A stretch of 64,000 nucleotides of DNA from an uncultured virus (IMG/VR IMGVR_UViG_3300021247_000307) (lineage: Duplodnaviria; Heunggongvirae; Uroviricota; Caudoviricetes): IMG/VR virus record IMGVR_UViG_3300021247_000307; one strand, 5' to 3'. Shown piece after piece: positions 1 through 8,777 of this stretch (position 1 is the first letter of the stretch; each line of letters begins with the position of its first letter). Below the pieces are notes generated by a model. That model did no database searches. It was not told the DNA's origin and saw only the letters and a list, made by a program, of their open reading frames with translations. The translations under genes were made by a program, and so were the position numbers.

Positions 1-52
1 CTATTCATTTCTGAATAACCCTTTACAATACTCCCTCTTACTTATTATTTAC

Positions 53-289
53 TCAAAATAGCTTACTAAACTTAGATTCATTGCATGAATAATGTGTAAA
101 TACATTCTTAATATTAGTTTTTCTAATTATAAATACATCTCCAACATTGAACCAAGCTATACCATAAGGTTTATTCTTAGGATAGTTTTGAGTTTCTGTT
201 TGATATTTATATCCTAGACTAAATAATATTTCATGTAACTTATTAGAATCCTCTAATGTTTTTAATCTAGTTTTTCCCGATAGTATCAT
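53..289 (-). CDS. hypothetical protein
   Basis: 78-aa ORF co-oriented with the minus-strand arm. Confidence 0.5.
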   Translation of the reverse strand: MILSGKTRLKTLEDSNKLHEILFSLGYKYQTETQNYPKNKPYGIAWFNVGDVFIIRKTNIKNVFTHYSCNESKFSKLF

Positions 290-322
290 TAGTAATATTT
301 AATCAAATATACAATTTAGTTT

Positions 323-601
323 TTACTTATACAAGCTATGAGTATCAATATTAGTATAAATTCTAATCATATTGCGTAACTCATTACCTAATTTAGTAGC
401 CATATCAGCTCTAGCATCAATATCTATATCCTCATTTTCTTGTAGTTTCCACATTTTATCTAGTATAGCTGACATAAATATCTTAATAGCTGCTCTAAAT
501 CCTTCATCAGTATATTCTGGAGGTCTACCTACATTAGCTTCAAACTCTAAAAGAGCTAATTCTATTTCATGTAATACACCACTTAGTTTTTTACCTATCA
601 T
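323..601 (-). CDS. hypothetical protein
   Basis: 92-aa ORF tightly packed after the DUF932 gene. Confidence 0.65.
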   Translation of the reverse strand: MIGKKLSGVLHEIELALLEFEANVGRPPEYTDEGFRAAIKIFMSAILDKMWKLQENEDIDIDARADMATKLGNELRNMIRIYTNIDTHSLYK

Positions 602-606
602 AGTAT

Positions 607-1338
607 TTATATATATTGTTCAGCTAATTCCCATAGTTTAGTATTAATATTATTGTCATTAACAAAGTTATTAATAGGTCTGCTATGTCTTTTACTTGGT
701 AATTGAATACCACCTCTGATTAACTTTTCTTGTACTACATTAAATACTGTCCATAAATCATCAGAATTATCTTCAAGTCTTAATGGTTTAACTACATCAT
801 TTATATTAATACCTACAGCATTAGTAAATCTAATTTGTAGAGCATTGTAAGTAAAGTTATCAATCTCATCATTAGTTAGTATTTTATTCCTCATTCTATC
901 AATACTATTCATAATGATAGGAACTTTCTCATAAAATGAATTAACAATAGTATCAGTAGTTGAATCACCTAAATCTATATGTTTAATAGATAAAGATTGA
1001 GTAATGCTAGTAGGTACAACTAATCCATTAGAACATACTAATCTGTATATTCCAGTATCCATAGTCATTTTCTTAATACCATTATGTGAGTTAGTAAATA
1101 TTAATTGTGGTAGTAAATCTCCAACAGTAGCAATATCATTATTTCTTAATATTACTTGATGTGGAGCATACTCTGATTTACTAACTTGTCTGGCTGAATG
1201 AATAAACCAATCAGCATCAATAAACTTCTGTAAATAATACTCTGAATCAGCAAATGAATATCTATTAGATACTTTTGGTGATGGAGTTTTAGTAAAAATA
1301 GCTGGTACTCTTTCTCTTAGAGAATTTAATGAAATCAT
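607..1338 (-). CDS. DUF932/DUF945 family protein
   Basis: Motifs PAIF..SxRYSF, NSHNG, GIYRLVCSNGLV, DLWTVFNVVQEKLIRGG, NTKLWELA. Confidence 0.85.
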   Translation of the reverse strand: MISLNSLRERVPAIFTKTPSPKVSNRYSFADSEYYLQKFIDADWFIHSARQVSKSEYAPHQVILRNNDIATVGDLLPQLIFTNSHNGIKKMTMDTGIYRLVCSNGLVVPTSITQSLSIKHIDLGDSTTDTIVNSFYEKVPIIMNSIDRMRNKILTNDEIDNFTYNALQIRFTNAVGININDVVKPLRLEDNSDDLWTVFNVVQEKLIRGGIQLPSKRHSRPINNFVNDNNINTKLWELAEQYI

Positions 1339-1979
1339 AAGTTATAAGCTGTTAGTGAGGTTGTAAATAAGTTTGTTTCTTCTTTAACTTGTCGCAACAT
1401 TTCTTGTACTACATCTCTAGTTTCTTTCTGTGCATCACCTTTTAATCTTTGTTTACATAATCTAATTAGTGCATAAAGACTTCCAGTCCATATCATAGTA
1501 GTATTAAGATTAAGTGGTAGAATAGTTCTAGCTTGTTCTTTACTTACTCCTAATTCAATTAACTTTTGATAAGCTATTTTAGCATTCTCTACTACATCAT
1601 CTTGTACAATAGTAGCTATTGTGTTACTTGTTTCATCTAAATCTTCACCACTACCTTGTTTACTTGATGTACTCTGTTTTCTCCACGTATCAATAGCAGT
1701 ATAAGTATCACTAAAATCTACGTATCTTCCAGAAACTGAATTGTAATCTACTCCCACTACAGTCTTAATTATCTGCCTTTCTACATAAATAGGCATCTCT
1801 AATCTAAATTGCACTTTAGGATGTGCAAATGGAGACCAATGATTATTTTTAGCAAGAAATAGAATTAGTTTATCATTTTCTTCAATCGTATACATTGCAG
1901 CAATTTTCCGATACGAAACCCTTGCAACATTGCAAACCATGTTATCATCACCAAATACGTCTAATAATTCTACTTTCAT
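1335..1979 (-). CDS. thyX: FAD-dependent thymidylate synthase
   Basis: NVARVSY, HWSPFAH, YNSVSGRY, KEQARTILP, AQKETR; probable ATG at 1979 overlaps the upstream stop (TGATG). Confidence 0.9.
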   Translation of the reverse strand: MKVELLDVFGDDNMVCNVARVSYRKIAAMYTIEENDKLILFLAKNNHWSPFAHPKVQFRLEMPIYVERQIIKTVVGVDYNSVSGRYVDFSDTYTAIDTWRKQSTSSKQGSGEDLDETSNTIATIVQDDVVENAKIAYQKLIELGVSKEQARTILPLNLNTTMIWTGSLYALIRLCKQRLKGDAQKETRDVVQEMLRQVKEETNLFTTSLTAYNL

Positions 1980-2107
1980 CAATACCACTTTTTAATTGTG
2001 TCAACAATAAAGTAAATAGCAAATGCTAGTGTTATAATACCACCAGCTATTACAAAGATGTTTGCTACATCTTTAATTAGTTTTTCTTTTTCTCTTTCAG
2101 TCATCAT
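1979..2107 (-). CDS. small single-TM protein
   Basis: Read by hand: MMTEREKEKLIKDVANIFVIAGGIITLAFAIYFIVDTIKKWY; fills the gap and overlaps the thyX start. Confidence 0.6.
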   Translation of the reverse strand: MMTEREKEKLIKDVANIFVIAGGIITLAFAIYFIVDTIKKWY

Positions 2108-2119
2108 TTTGTTTTGTTT

Positions 2120-2479
2120 TTAAAGTTCTGCTGTAAAATAACAATCACCTTTACGTTTAATACAAGCTACAATCTTTCTACCTAGTACTAAATCAGCATA
2201 ATCAGATAATACATCATCGCTTAACATTTCTATCATAGCTTTGTGTTCAGGTTTATCTACTACATTAACATCATAAAAATCATCTAGTAATTCTAAGTTA
2301 CCTCCTAACTTTCTTTCAATGTTTTTAATCTCTTTTTCACATTCTTCTAAGTTATCTTCATCAAAATAATACTCAAGATGTTCTGGTGGATGTCCTATAT
2401 AACCAAATCTATTGGCTGCATTAGAACTTTGTAATCCAAACCAGAATTTACCATCGATGTCCCCATCATAATTTCTCAT
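2120..2479 (-). CDS. hypothetical phage protein
   Basis: 119-aa ORF with GDIDGKFWFGLQSS and CxFxAEL motifs. Confidence 0.7.
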   Translation of the reverse strand: MRNYDGDIDGKFWFGLQSSNAANRFGYIGHPPEHLEYYFDEDNLEECEKEIKNIERKLGGNLELLDDFYDVNVVDKPEHKAMIEMLSDDVLSDYADLVLGRKIVACIKRKGDCYFTAEL

Positions 2480-2495
2480 GTTTTTTTTTAGTTTT

Positions 2496-2959
2496 TTAGT
2501 TTTTTAAAATTTTTTTAATTGTTCTAATTACTGTATGATGTGATACATTATACAGTAATCCTATTTTTCTAAATGACATTCCTTGTTTTATTAATTCATG
2601 CCACTCTTGTGCAAATTTATTATTGCCTTGATCTTTTATACCTGTATATGGTTTATGTAAACCTGTATCATAAGCGTGTTTTGAATTTTCACTATATGTA
2701 CACCATTCTAAATTACTTACATGATTATTTTTTTTTTATTACCATCAATATGATTAACAGTATCTTTTTTTTGTGGATTGTTTAAATATGCAATCGCAAC
2801 AAGTCTATGTACAAAGTAATCTTTATTATTAATTCTAATTTTAACATAACCTTTATAACCTGTTTCATATTGTTTTAATTTAGTAAGTAAATTAAATTTT
2901 CTTTTACTATATACATTTCCTTCTTTATCTATGAAATAATCTTTTTGTATTTCTATCAT
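2496..2959 (-). pseudogene. HNH homing endonuclease, frameshifted at an A10 run
   Basis: VHRLVA..VNHIDGNK stops after the homopolymer at 2728-2737; another frame continues NNHVSNLEWCTYSENSKHAYDTGL to an HTH-like tail and TAA at 2496. Confidence 0.85.
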
Positions 2960-3003
2960 AATATTATATTTTATATAAATATACTACATAATACCTTCCC
3001 ATG

Positions 3004-3237
3004 TTATTTGTTTTTGTTTAGTTCCTCAATAAAAATGTCTGCTACAAAAATGGCTTGCTTTATCTGTTCTTCTTGAAAATCAACTCCATACTTAGTAATA
3101 AATCCTTGCATCGCCATTGCTGCAAAGTACTCGCGCTTGGTTAAGCCTTCTTGTGGTGCATCTATACCATATTCATCTGTATAAAAAGCTGCTTTTGCAA
3201 ATGCTGGTGAATCACCATGTGTTTTATTATTTTCCAT
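3004..3237 (-). CDS. small conserved phage protein
   Basis: PAF..GLTKREYFAAMAMQG motif. Confidence 0.75.
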   Translation of the reverse strand: MENNKTHGDSPAFAKAAFYTDEYGIDAPQEGLTKREYFAAMAMQGFITKYGVDFQEEQIKQAIFVADIFIEELNKNK

Positions 3238-3263
3238 TGTTATTTATTTAAGATTAAAAAATT

Positions 3264-3357
3264 AGCAAGGGTAGGATTCGATACCTACATGTGTACCGCT
3301 CAACGTTGGGTAGCTTGCGTACACGGTTAGCCCTAGTGCTCTATTACACTCCTTGCT
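3264..3357 (-). ncRNA. tRNA-like element A (no canonical anticodon arm)
   Basis: Acceptor AGCAAGG/CCTTGCT, D-like GTG-TAATAGAG-CAC, T-arm GTAGG-TATCGAAT-CCTAC, long central hairpin GTGTAC/GTACAC. Confidence 0.6.
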
Positions 3358-3440
3358 ATTTTGCTGTCTATTCCAAGCTGTCAATTCATCCTCTGACGCA
3401 ATTAAGTGTGAAAGAAATGCTTAATAATTAAGAACTTCAC

Positions 3441-3902
3441 TTAACCCCGAGGTCTGCAAATATCTTCATATTGTTCAATGATTAAATCACAATAATCTAT
3501 CATATCCAATACTTCTTTAGAGTAATTACTTTTTTCATATATCTTATAGAATACAACATGTCTAATTCCAGATGCTAATATAAGTTTTAAACAGTTATTA
3601 CATGGTTGTAATGATGTGTACATAGTACAATTATTTACTGCTATACCATATTTAGCTGCCATCATTAGTGCATTTTGTTCAGCATGAATTTCATGTAATA
3701 ATGACCATCTATGATGTTCATCTTTATCAAAAGTATCACCATCAAATATATCATTACAATTATGATAACCTGATATAGTACCATTATATCCAGTAGATAT
3801 TATTCTACCATCTTTTACAATAATAGCACCTACTTTCTTAGATACACATTTAGATTCTTGACCTAGTCTTATAACTGTATCAATAAAGAATTTATGTTTC
3901 AT
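3441..3902 (-). CDS. dCMP deaminase
   Basis: VGAIIVKD, GYNG, HAEQNA and PCNNC zinc motifs. Confidence 0.92.
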   Translation of the reverse strand: MKHKFFIDTVIRLGQESKCVSKKVGAIIVKDGRIISTGYNGTISGYHNCNDIFDGDTFDKDEHHRWSLLHEIHAEQNALMMAAKYGIAVNNCTMYTSLQPCNNCLKLILASGIRHVVFYKIYEKSNYSKEVLDMIDYCDLIIEQYEDICRPRG

Positions 3903-4084
3903 TTTATAGCTCTTAAGTGTTTTATAATATCAAGATAATTATTATCTTTTACAAGATTAACATGAACAATAGCCATTTTAATAGCTAACTCTTTAATAAC
4001 TACAACTTCAAATAATTCATCCATAACTATAAGATGTGTATAAAACTCTAAGAATATATTATTAGCTATATCTTCAGATGTCAT
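3899..4084 (-). CDS. hypothetical protein
   Basis: 61-aa ORF overlapping its neighbours. Confidence 0.5.
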   Translation of the reverse strand: MTSEDIANNIFLEFYTHLIVMDELFEVVVIKELAIKMAIVHVNLVKDNNYLDIIKHLRAIK

Positions 4085-4340
4085 ACTTATGGTTTATAGC
4101 GAAATAGTAAATAATTTCATCATCATTAATATCATCTGGTTCATCTTCTGACCATTCTAATGATTCTACAAAAGGTTTATCATCACGATAAGTTACTACA
4201 TGAATGACAAAAGGATATTCATTTTTTCCTTGTTTCCATGTACCTAGATAATCATGTCTAATACATTCAGCTTTTCTATCAATACGTAATCCTTCCATGT
4301 TTATTAGTTTAAAATATATAACGAATATCACACCAATCAA
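4074..4340 (-). CDS. hypothetical protein
   Basis: ORF in operon; true start probably MEGLR at about 4298. Confidence 0.5.
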   Translation of the reverse strand: MIGVIFVIYFKLINMEGLRIDRKAECIRHDYLGTWKQGKNEYPFVIHVVTYRDDKPFVESLEWSEDEPDDINDDEIIYYFAINHKYDI

Positions 4341-5172
4341 TCATACTACTATGTAGTTCTTTAAATTGATTAATCCATTTAGTTTTGTTCTTAACTTTAT
4401 ATCTAATGTTTAAGTCTCCAGATTGACTAATCTTATCTTCTTGTACTTCAGGATTCCATAACATATCTTCACCTGGAATATTGTTCTTTACATTATACTC
4501 ATGTTTCTGTTTATTATGTGTAAGAAATATAACTTCACAAGAGATATTAGACTTATAGTCATCTATAATAAGTCTGTTAACTTGATTAAATAATATCTTA
4601 TAATCATGTAGCCATGTATCAGTAACTATAACAGGACTAAAGTTAAGATGTACATCGTAACCAGCTTCAATAAACTTATTTACAGCTGTAATTCTATCTT
4701 TTATACTTGAAGTATTTGGTTCTAGTATAGAACTATACTTCTGTGGCATAAGACTAAATCTTATTCTAACTTTTCTTTCAGGATTAAATGATAAAAAATC
4801 TTCAGGAACAATTTTAGTTGCAAATGTTCCCATAGCTCTATGATGATTTTTAAAAAAATCAAAAATAGATTTCCATTTAAGCTGTTTTCTATGTAATCCA
4901 ATATCAGAATTACAACCAATATCATAAGTATAAAAGACTGGATGTGTTTGATTAGGTTTTTTTTCAGGAAGCCAAGTTACATGATTATTTATTGCTGTCA
5001 ATAAATCACCTACATTTTTAGCTATTGTAATAACTGCTACACCATGTCTTTTAACATAACAATAACTACAATTTAAAGCACATTCGTAAATAAAACTAGG
5101 ACTAATAAAATCACTACTTCTTCCTGATTCTTTAATATCTAAAGCTTTTCTAAATACTTCTTTAGTTTTCAT
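4309..5172 (-). CDS. spore photoproduct lyase-like radical SAM protein
   Basis: GRSSDFI, CxxxCxxC (CALNCSYCY), YDIGCNSD, FATK, RIRFSLMP, GYDVHLNFSPVI, EVIFLTH. Confidence 0.85.
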   Translation of the reverse strand: MKTKEVFRKALDIKESGRSSDFISPSFIYECALNCSYCYVKRHGVAVITIAKNVGDLLTAINNHVTWLPEKKPNQTHPVFYTYDIGCNSDIGLHRKQLKWKSIFDFFKNHHRAMGTFATKIVPEDFLSFNPERKVRIRFSLMPQKYSSILEPNTSSIKDRITAVNKFIEAGYDVHLNFSPVIVTDTWLHDYKILFNQVNRLIIDDYKSNISCEVIFLTHNKQKHEYNVKNNIPGEDMLWNPEVQEDKISQSGDLNIRYKVKNKTKWINQFKELHSSMIDWCDIRYIF

Positions 5173-5713
5173 AGTTTTTTAAGTATTTCCAAATAAAACC
5201 TCTTGCTGATTTACGTTCTCCTCTACAAACTCTTGTAATATTTTGTATAGGACACTTTACAAATTCAGAAGCTTCTTTTGCACTATTAAATATTCTAATA
5301 AATTCATTATTTAAAGATAATTGTACCGTAGGTTTCATATTAATTTCTTTTAACTTTATGATAATATTATTTAAACCTGTATCACGAGCGTGTTTTAAAT
5401 TTTCACTATATGTACACCATTCTAAATTTGAAATATGATTATCTGTTTTTATTCCATTAATATGATTAATACAATAGTTTTCTTGATAACCTTCAATAAA
5501 AGTTTTACCTACTAATCTATGTACTCTTTCTTTAAAATAAATATTATCTTTTCTTAAACTAATAGAAGGATAACCTGCTGAAAGAGGTGTTTTCATAATT
5601 CTCTCATACCATATTCTTCCATCAATTAAAATTCTTTTTAAAGATTTTATTCTACCATAATTAGAAACTTGATACAAACCTTCAAATCCTTTAATGTCTC
5701 GCCATTCTTCCAT
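5162..5713 (-). mobile_element. free-standing NUMOD4-HNH-NUMOD1 homing endonuclease
   Basis: EEWRDIKGFEGLYQVSNYGRIKS, VHRLV, NHINGIKTDNHISNLEWCT, FNSAKEA..ITRVCRG..ARGFIWKY. Confidence 0.9.
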
Positions 5714-5727
5714 AATGTTATTTTTAA

Positions 5728-5759
5728 CAAATATAAGGATTTATTAATAAACATCCAAA
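5728..5759 (-). promoter_or_regulatory. Bacteroidota housekeeping-sigma promoter for the HNH cassette
   Basis: TTTG-N20-TATATTTG ending 14 nt before the HNH ATG. Confidence 0.75.
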
Positions 5760-5763
5760 TATT

Positions 5764-5871
5764 TTTAAATAAACAACCGAAACCAAATGCTGGAGCCATG
5801 AAATCTGATGACCTACCGTTATCTCTAATCAACATAGATTTTCTTTGGGAATAGGTAATCAATGATTCCAT
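5764..5871 (-). pseudogene. orphaned original 5' end of the SPL-like gene
   Basis: RKSMLIRDNGRSSDFMAPAFGFGCLF aligns with RKALDIKESGRSSDFISPSFIYECAL of 4309..5172. Confidence 0.8.
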
Positions 5872-6292
5872 TTAGTTTAAAGAATATTATAGTGTAAAAT
5901 ATATCTCCTAGAAATTGATTTCTAAGAAATGGAAGTCCTGCAATATATGATGCTGATAAACTATTGTAGTATGAAGCACAAAATGCGTTAGTAATAAGAA
6001 AGAATATTATAGAGAAAGATATACTGTTTAACATTAACACTCCTGGAGTAGTATTAATTACAGTATATCTCGCTATAATAGTCAATATTATTATTGTTAG
6101 ATACACATACCAAGTGAATGTACCACTAATGAAATAATCACTAATTAACATTCCTAATATACTAATCATCAAAGACTTAATAAAGTCATGCTGAGTATTA
6201 TACAATATCAATCCGATTAATGGAGTGAAATTATATGGATGTGGAAGTAATCTTCCTAGTACTAAAATTAATATTGACAATGCTATTTTCAT
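5825..6292 (-). CDS. DUF6580-like multi-TM putative transporter
   Basis: RLLPHPYNFTPL, ISD, FFLITN, YIAGLPFLRNQFLGD; 5-6 hydrophobic helices. Confidence 0.75.
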   Translation of the reverse strand: MKIALSILILVLGRLLPHPYNFTPLIGLILYNTQHDFIKSLMISILGMLISDYFISGTFTWYVYLTIIILTIIARYTVINTTPGVLMLNSISFSIIFFLITNAFCASYYNSLSASYIAGLPFLRNQFLGDIFYTIIFFKLNGIIDYLFPKKIYVD

Positions 6293-6648
6293 TCTCTAAA
6301 TGTTTTTGGAAATGTTATAGGATATTTTTTAGCTACACAAACAACATCACCAAGATTATAACTTGCTCCATCATTTGAAATCCATTCTTTAGTATCAGGA
6401 ATCCAAGTGTAAGGAGAATCTAAAACTTCATGTACTACTAATACATTACTAACTGTTCTTTTAATCCCTACAAAGTATTCATCTAACTCTGTAGTTTCAG
6501 GATTAAATAACTTCCAATGTAAAGGTAAGAAATACTTTTCTTCATTTCCCATGTTTAGGTATGTTTTTATTGTTTTGTAATCAAATTCTTTATCAATCAT
6601 ACTACTGGTATCTAAATGGTTCTCCTGATAGTAAATATAGTAATACAT
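6289..6648 (-). CDS. hypothetical protein
   Basis: ORF; true start probably MIDKEF at about 6600. Confidence 0.55.
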   Translation of the reverse strand: MYYYIYYQENHLDTSSMIDKEFDYKTIKTYLNMGNEEKYFLPLHWKLFNPETTELDEYFVGIKRTVSNVLVVHEVLDSPYTWIPDTKEWISNDGASYNLGDVVCVAKKYPITFPKTFRE

Positions 6649-6817
6649 TCATTAAAGCATATATTGACATAAACAATGCTATAAAAACTAAAACTATATA
6701 AGTTAAAGGATTATAAGGATTATACCTATTTTTTGTAACTCCATTTATATTAGTTATACTTTGTTTTATACCTAATATTACTAATAATCTTCTTAATGTT
6801 TTCATACTTTTTCCCAA
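6602..6817 (-). CDS. small membrane protein
   Basis: NPYNPLTY followed by a TM helix. Confidence 0.6.
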   Translation of the reverse strand: MGKSMKTLRRLLVILGIKQSITNINGVTKNRYNPYNPLTYIVLVFIALFMSIYALMNVLLYLLSGEPFRYQ

Positions 6818-7107
6818 TATTTTACAGTAATAGTTTTTTCTTTTTGAGTTACTCTAGTTAAGATATCGATTTCAGTTTTATCAAAACCATAATTATCATC
6901 ATATACATACTGATTAGTTTCCCAAAATCCATATAATTGTTTATCAATATTTGGATAATACTTTTCATTAATTTCAACAATAGATTGTTTATAGAAAGTA
7001 GAACCTCGTCTGGGATTAACAAATGAATCATCATAAAAATCTTCTATTAATTCATCGAAATCTAATCCGTATTCTTCAGCAATCTTTTCATTAAGTTTGT
7101 TTATCAT
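6802..7107 (-). CDS. hypothetical protein
   Basis: 101-aa acidic ORF ending KEKTITVKYWEKV. Confidence 0.65.
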   Translation of the reverse strand: MINKLNEKIAEEYGLDFDELIEDFYDDSFVNPRRGSTFYKQSIVEINEKYYPNIDKQLYGFWETNQYVYDDNYGFDKTEIDILTRVTQKEKTITVKYWEKV

Positions 7108-7108
7108 A

Positions 7109-7381
7109 TCATTTAATGTTTTCGAGTGGATAAGCGTTTAAAATAGAGTCTGCGCTAATTAATATAGGATTGTCATAGTTATCATAGAAAGTTTTTTCTA
7201 GTACACAACATAGTTCTCCATCTTCTCCTTCTCCTAAATCTTTATACATTATAGAGTTATCATCTGCTGCTTTTAGTGCTGCCTGTACATGAAGTTTAGC
7301 AAACTCAATCATATTATTATAAATAGATTCAATACTAAAAGGTTTCCCTCTTAAAAATTCTTCTGCTGTTGGTATATTCAT
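7109..7381 (-). CDS. small conserved phage protein
   Basis: IPTAEEF..MIEFAKLHVQAALKAA..SILNAYPLENIK. Confidence 0.7.
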   Translation of the reverse strand: MNIPTAEEFLRGKPFSIESIYNNMIEFAKLHVQAALKAADDNSIMYKDLGEGEDGELCCVLEKTFYDNYDNPILISADSILNAYPLENIK

Positions 7382-7390
7382 TTTGTTTGT

Positions 7391-7645
7391 TTATTTACTA
7401 ATTTTTTCAACTTTATACTTGTTTATTTTTGCAACATGACGAATTAGTTGTTTATGAAATTTTGTTAAAATCTTATCATACATACTATCCGTTAATAAAT
7501 CACTAAATCTTAACACTTGAAGTGAATCAAATGTCTTTTCAAATTTACTGATTTTTTCATCACAAATAAATCCTTGTTTTTTAATTTGCTCACTTATTGG
7601 GTCAGCCAATAAACCATAGTGTATTCCTATGTGAAATGATTCCAT
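7391..7645 (-). CDS. hypothetical protein
   Basis: 84-aa ORF in tight array. Confidence 0.6.
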   Translation of the reverse strand: MESFHIGIHYGLLADPISEQIKKQGFICDEKISKFEKTFDSLQVLRFSDLLTDSMYDKILTKFHKQLIRHVAKINKYKVEKISK

Positions 7646-7663
7646 TTTGTTTTGTTTTAAGAG

Positions 7664-8020
7664 TTAATTTTCTTCATAAATAATTTCCATGCCATATTGC
7701 AAAGCAACTTCATGTTCAATTTTACAACCTCTTGCAGTTTCCCATCCTTTTGCAAAATAAACAGTACTGCATTTGCTCATATATTCAAGTGACTTTGCTA
7801 AAAAAAATAAAGGTATTTGAACAACTCCTCTTGAACTCATGGATTCTTGAGAATACCTATAATCTTTAAAGAAAGTATTTAAAACCTCTAAGTTTTCTTT
7901 TTTAGCATATTCAAGAAACTTGTTTTGAGCGTTAGTAATTTGTTCTTCTGTTAAGCCATTCATTGGCTGACTAATCATTATTTTTTTCATTGTTATTGTT
8001 TTAAGAGTTATTTTGTTCAA
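7664..8020 (-). CDS. DUF4406-like protein (nucleoside deoxyribosyltransferase-fold)
   Basis: MISQPMNG, VYFAKGWETARGCKIEHEVA; probable start MKKIM at 7990. Confidence 0.75.
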   Translation of the reverse strand: MNKITLKTITMKKIMISQPMNGLTEEQITNAQNKFLEYAKKENLEVLNTFFKDYRYSQESMSSRGVVQIPLFFLAKSLEYMSKCSTVYFAKGWETARGCKIEHEVALQYGMEIIYEEN

Positions 8021-8378
8021 TATTAATAGCTATCTGACGTAGAATTAGAATAGATAAATCATTTGGTGATATACCAGTAAATTCTATTGGGTCTTTTAAC
8101 CAACTACCTAGTTGTAATACAGCATCTTTGTATTCTTCAGAATTAACATCTGTAAGTCTTAATAGATATTCTGTTAAATTATCATCAAAAGATTGTAGTG
8201 CTGCATGAGTAGTTACATCTGCAATTCTCTTTAAATCACCAACTTTCCATATTAATGACGATATTCTTGTACTTGATGGTTTAGTTTGAACTAACCAAAT
8301 ACCATCTTGTAGTGTATCTGAATATCCAACAACTTTTTGATATCTACCATTCTTTTTCTTTCTATAAAGTTCCTCCAT
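8001..8378 (-). CDS. hypothetical protein
   Basis: LYRKxxNGRY..DGIWLV motif. Confidence 0.65.
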   Translation of the reverse strand: MEELYRKKKNGRYQKVVGYSDTLQDGIWLVQTKPSSTRISSLIWKVGDLKRIADVTTHAALQSFDDNLTEYLLRLTDVNSEEYKDAVLQLGSWLKDPIEFTGISPNDLSILILRQIAINIEQNNS

Positions 8379-8380
8379 GA

Positions 8381-8668
8381 TTATAATGAATTATCTAGTT
8401 TACTTTCAAGTTCATTAATTCTAGCTTTAAGCTCTTCATTACTTTCTGCATAAAGTTCAATAGTTTTTTCTAGTTTTTCATGAGCTTCTTCTAGTTCATG
8501 AATTTCTGTAATTAAATCTTCAATTACAGATTTAACTTCATCTTTAGCATCAGTAGCTTGTCTTTCTAAAACTCTGTTATACATTGTTTTCGTTTTTATA
8601 AGTTTCTTCGTAATATTTTTCTCCATCAAATATCCAATCTCCTTTTCTACGACCTGTATCAAAAGCAT
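8381..8668 (-). CDS. coiled-coil hypothetical protein
   Basis: Heptad-rich C-terminus; probable start MYNRV at about 8584. Confidence 0.55.
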   Translation of the reverse strand: MLLIQVVEKEIGYLMEKNITKKLIKTKTMYNRVLERQATDAKDEVKSVIEDLITEIHELEEAHEKLEKTIELYAESNEELKARINELESKLDNSL

Positions 8669-8777
8669 CTATTATTTGCTCCTGTTCCATTTCTTTGGCT
8701 TCTTCAAATATTTCACAATCATTGTCATACCCTTTTATTTGTTCTATTAACCATTCAACTGCCGTTTGTTTACTCAT
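8577..8777 (-). CDS. small conserved phage protein
   Basis: KQTAVEWL..EAKEMEQEQIIDAF..YYEETY. Confidence 0.7.
   Translation of the reverse strand: MSKQTAVEWLIEQIKGYDNDCEIFEEAKEMEQEQIIDAFDTGRRKGDWIFDGEKYYEETYKNENNV

Noticed and set aside
5162..5763. Group I intron around the HNH gene
   Set aside because: Only about 50 non-coding nt exist and they form a promoter; the downstream segment is a coding duplicate
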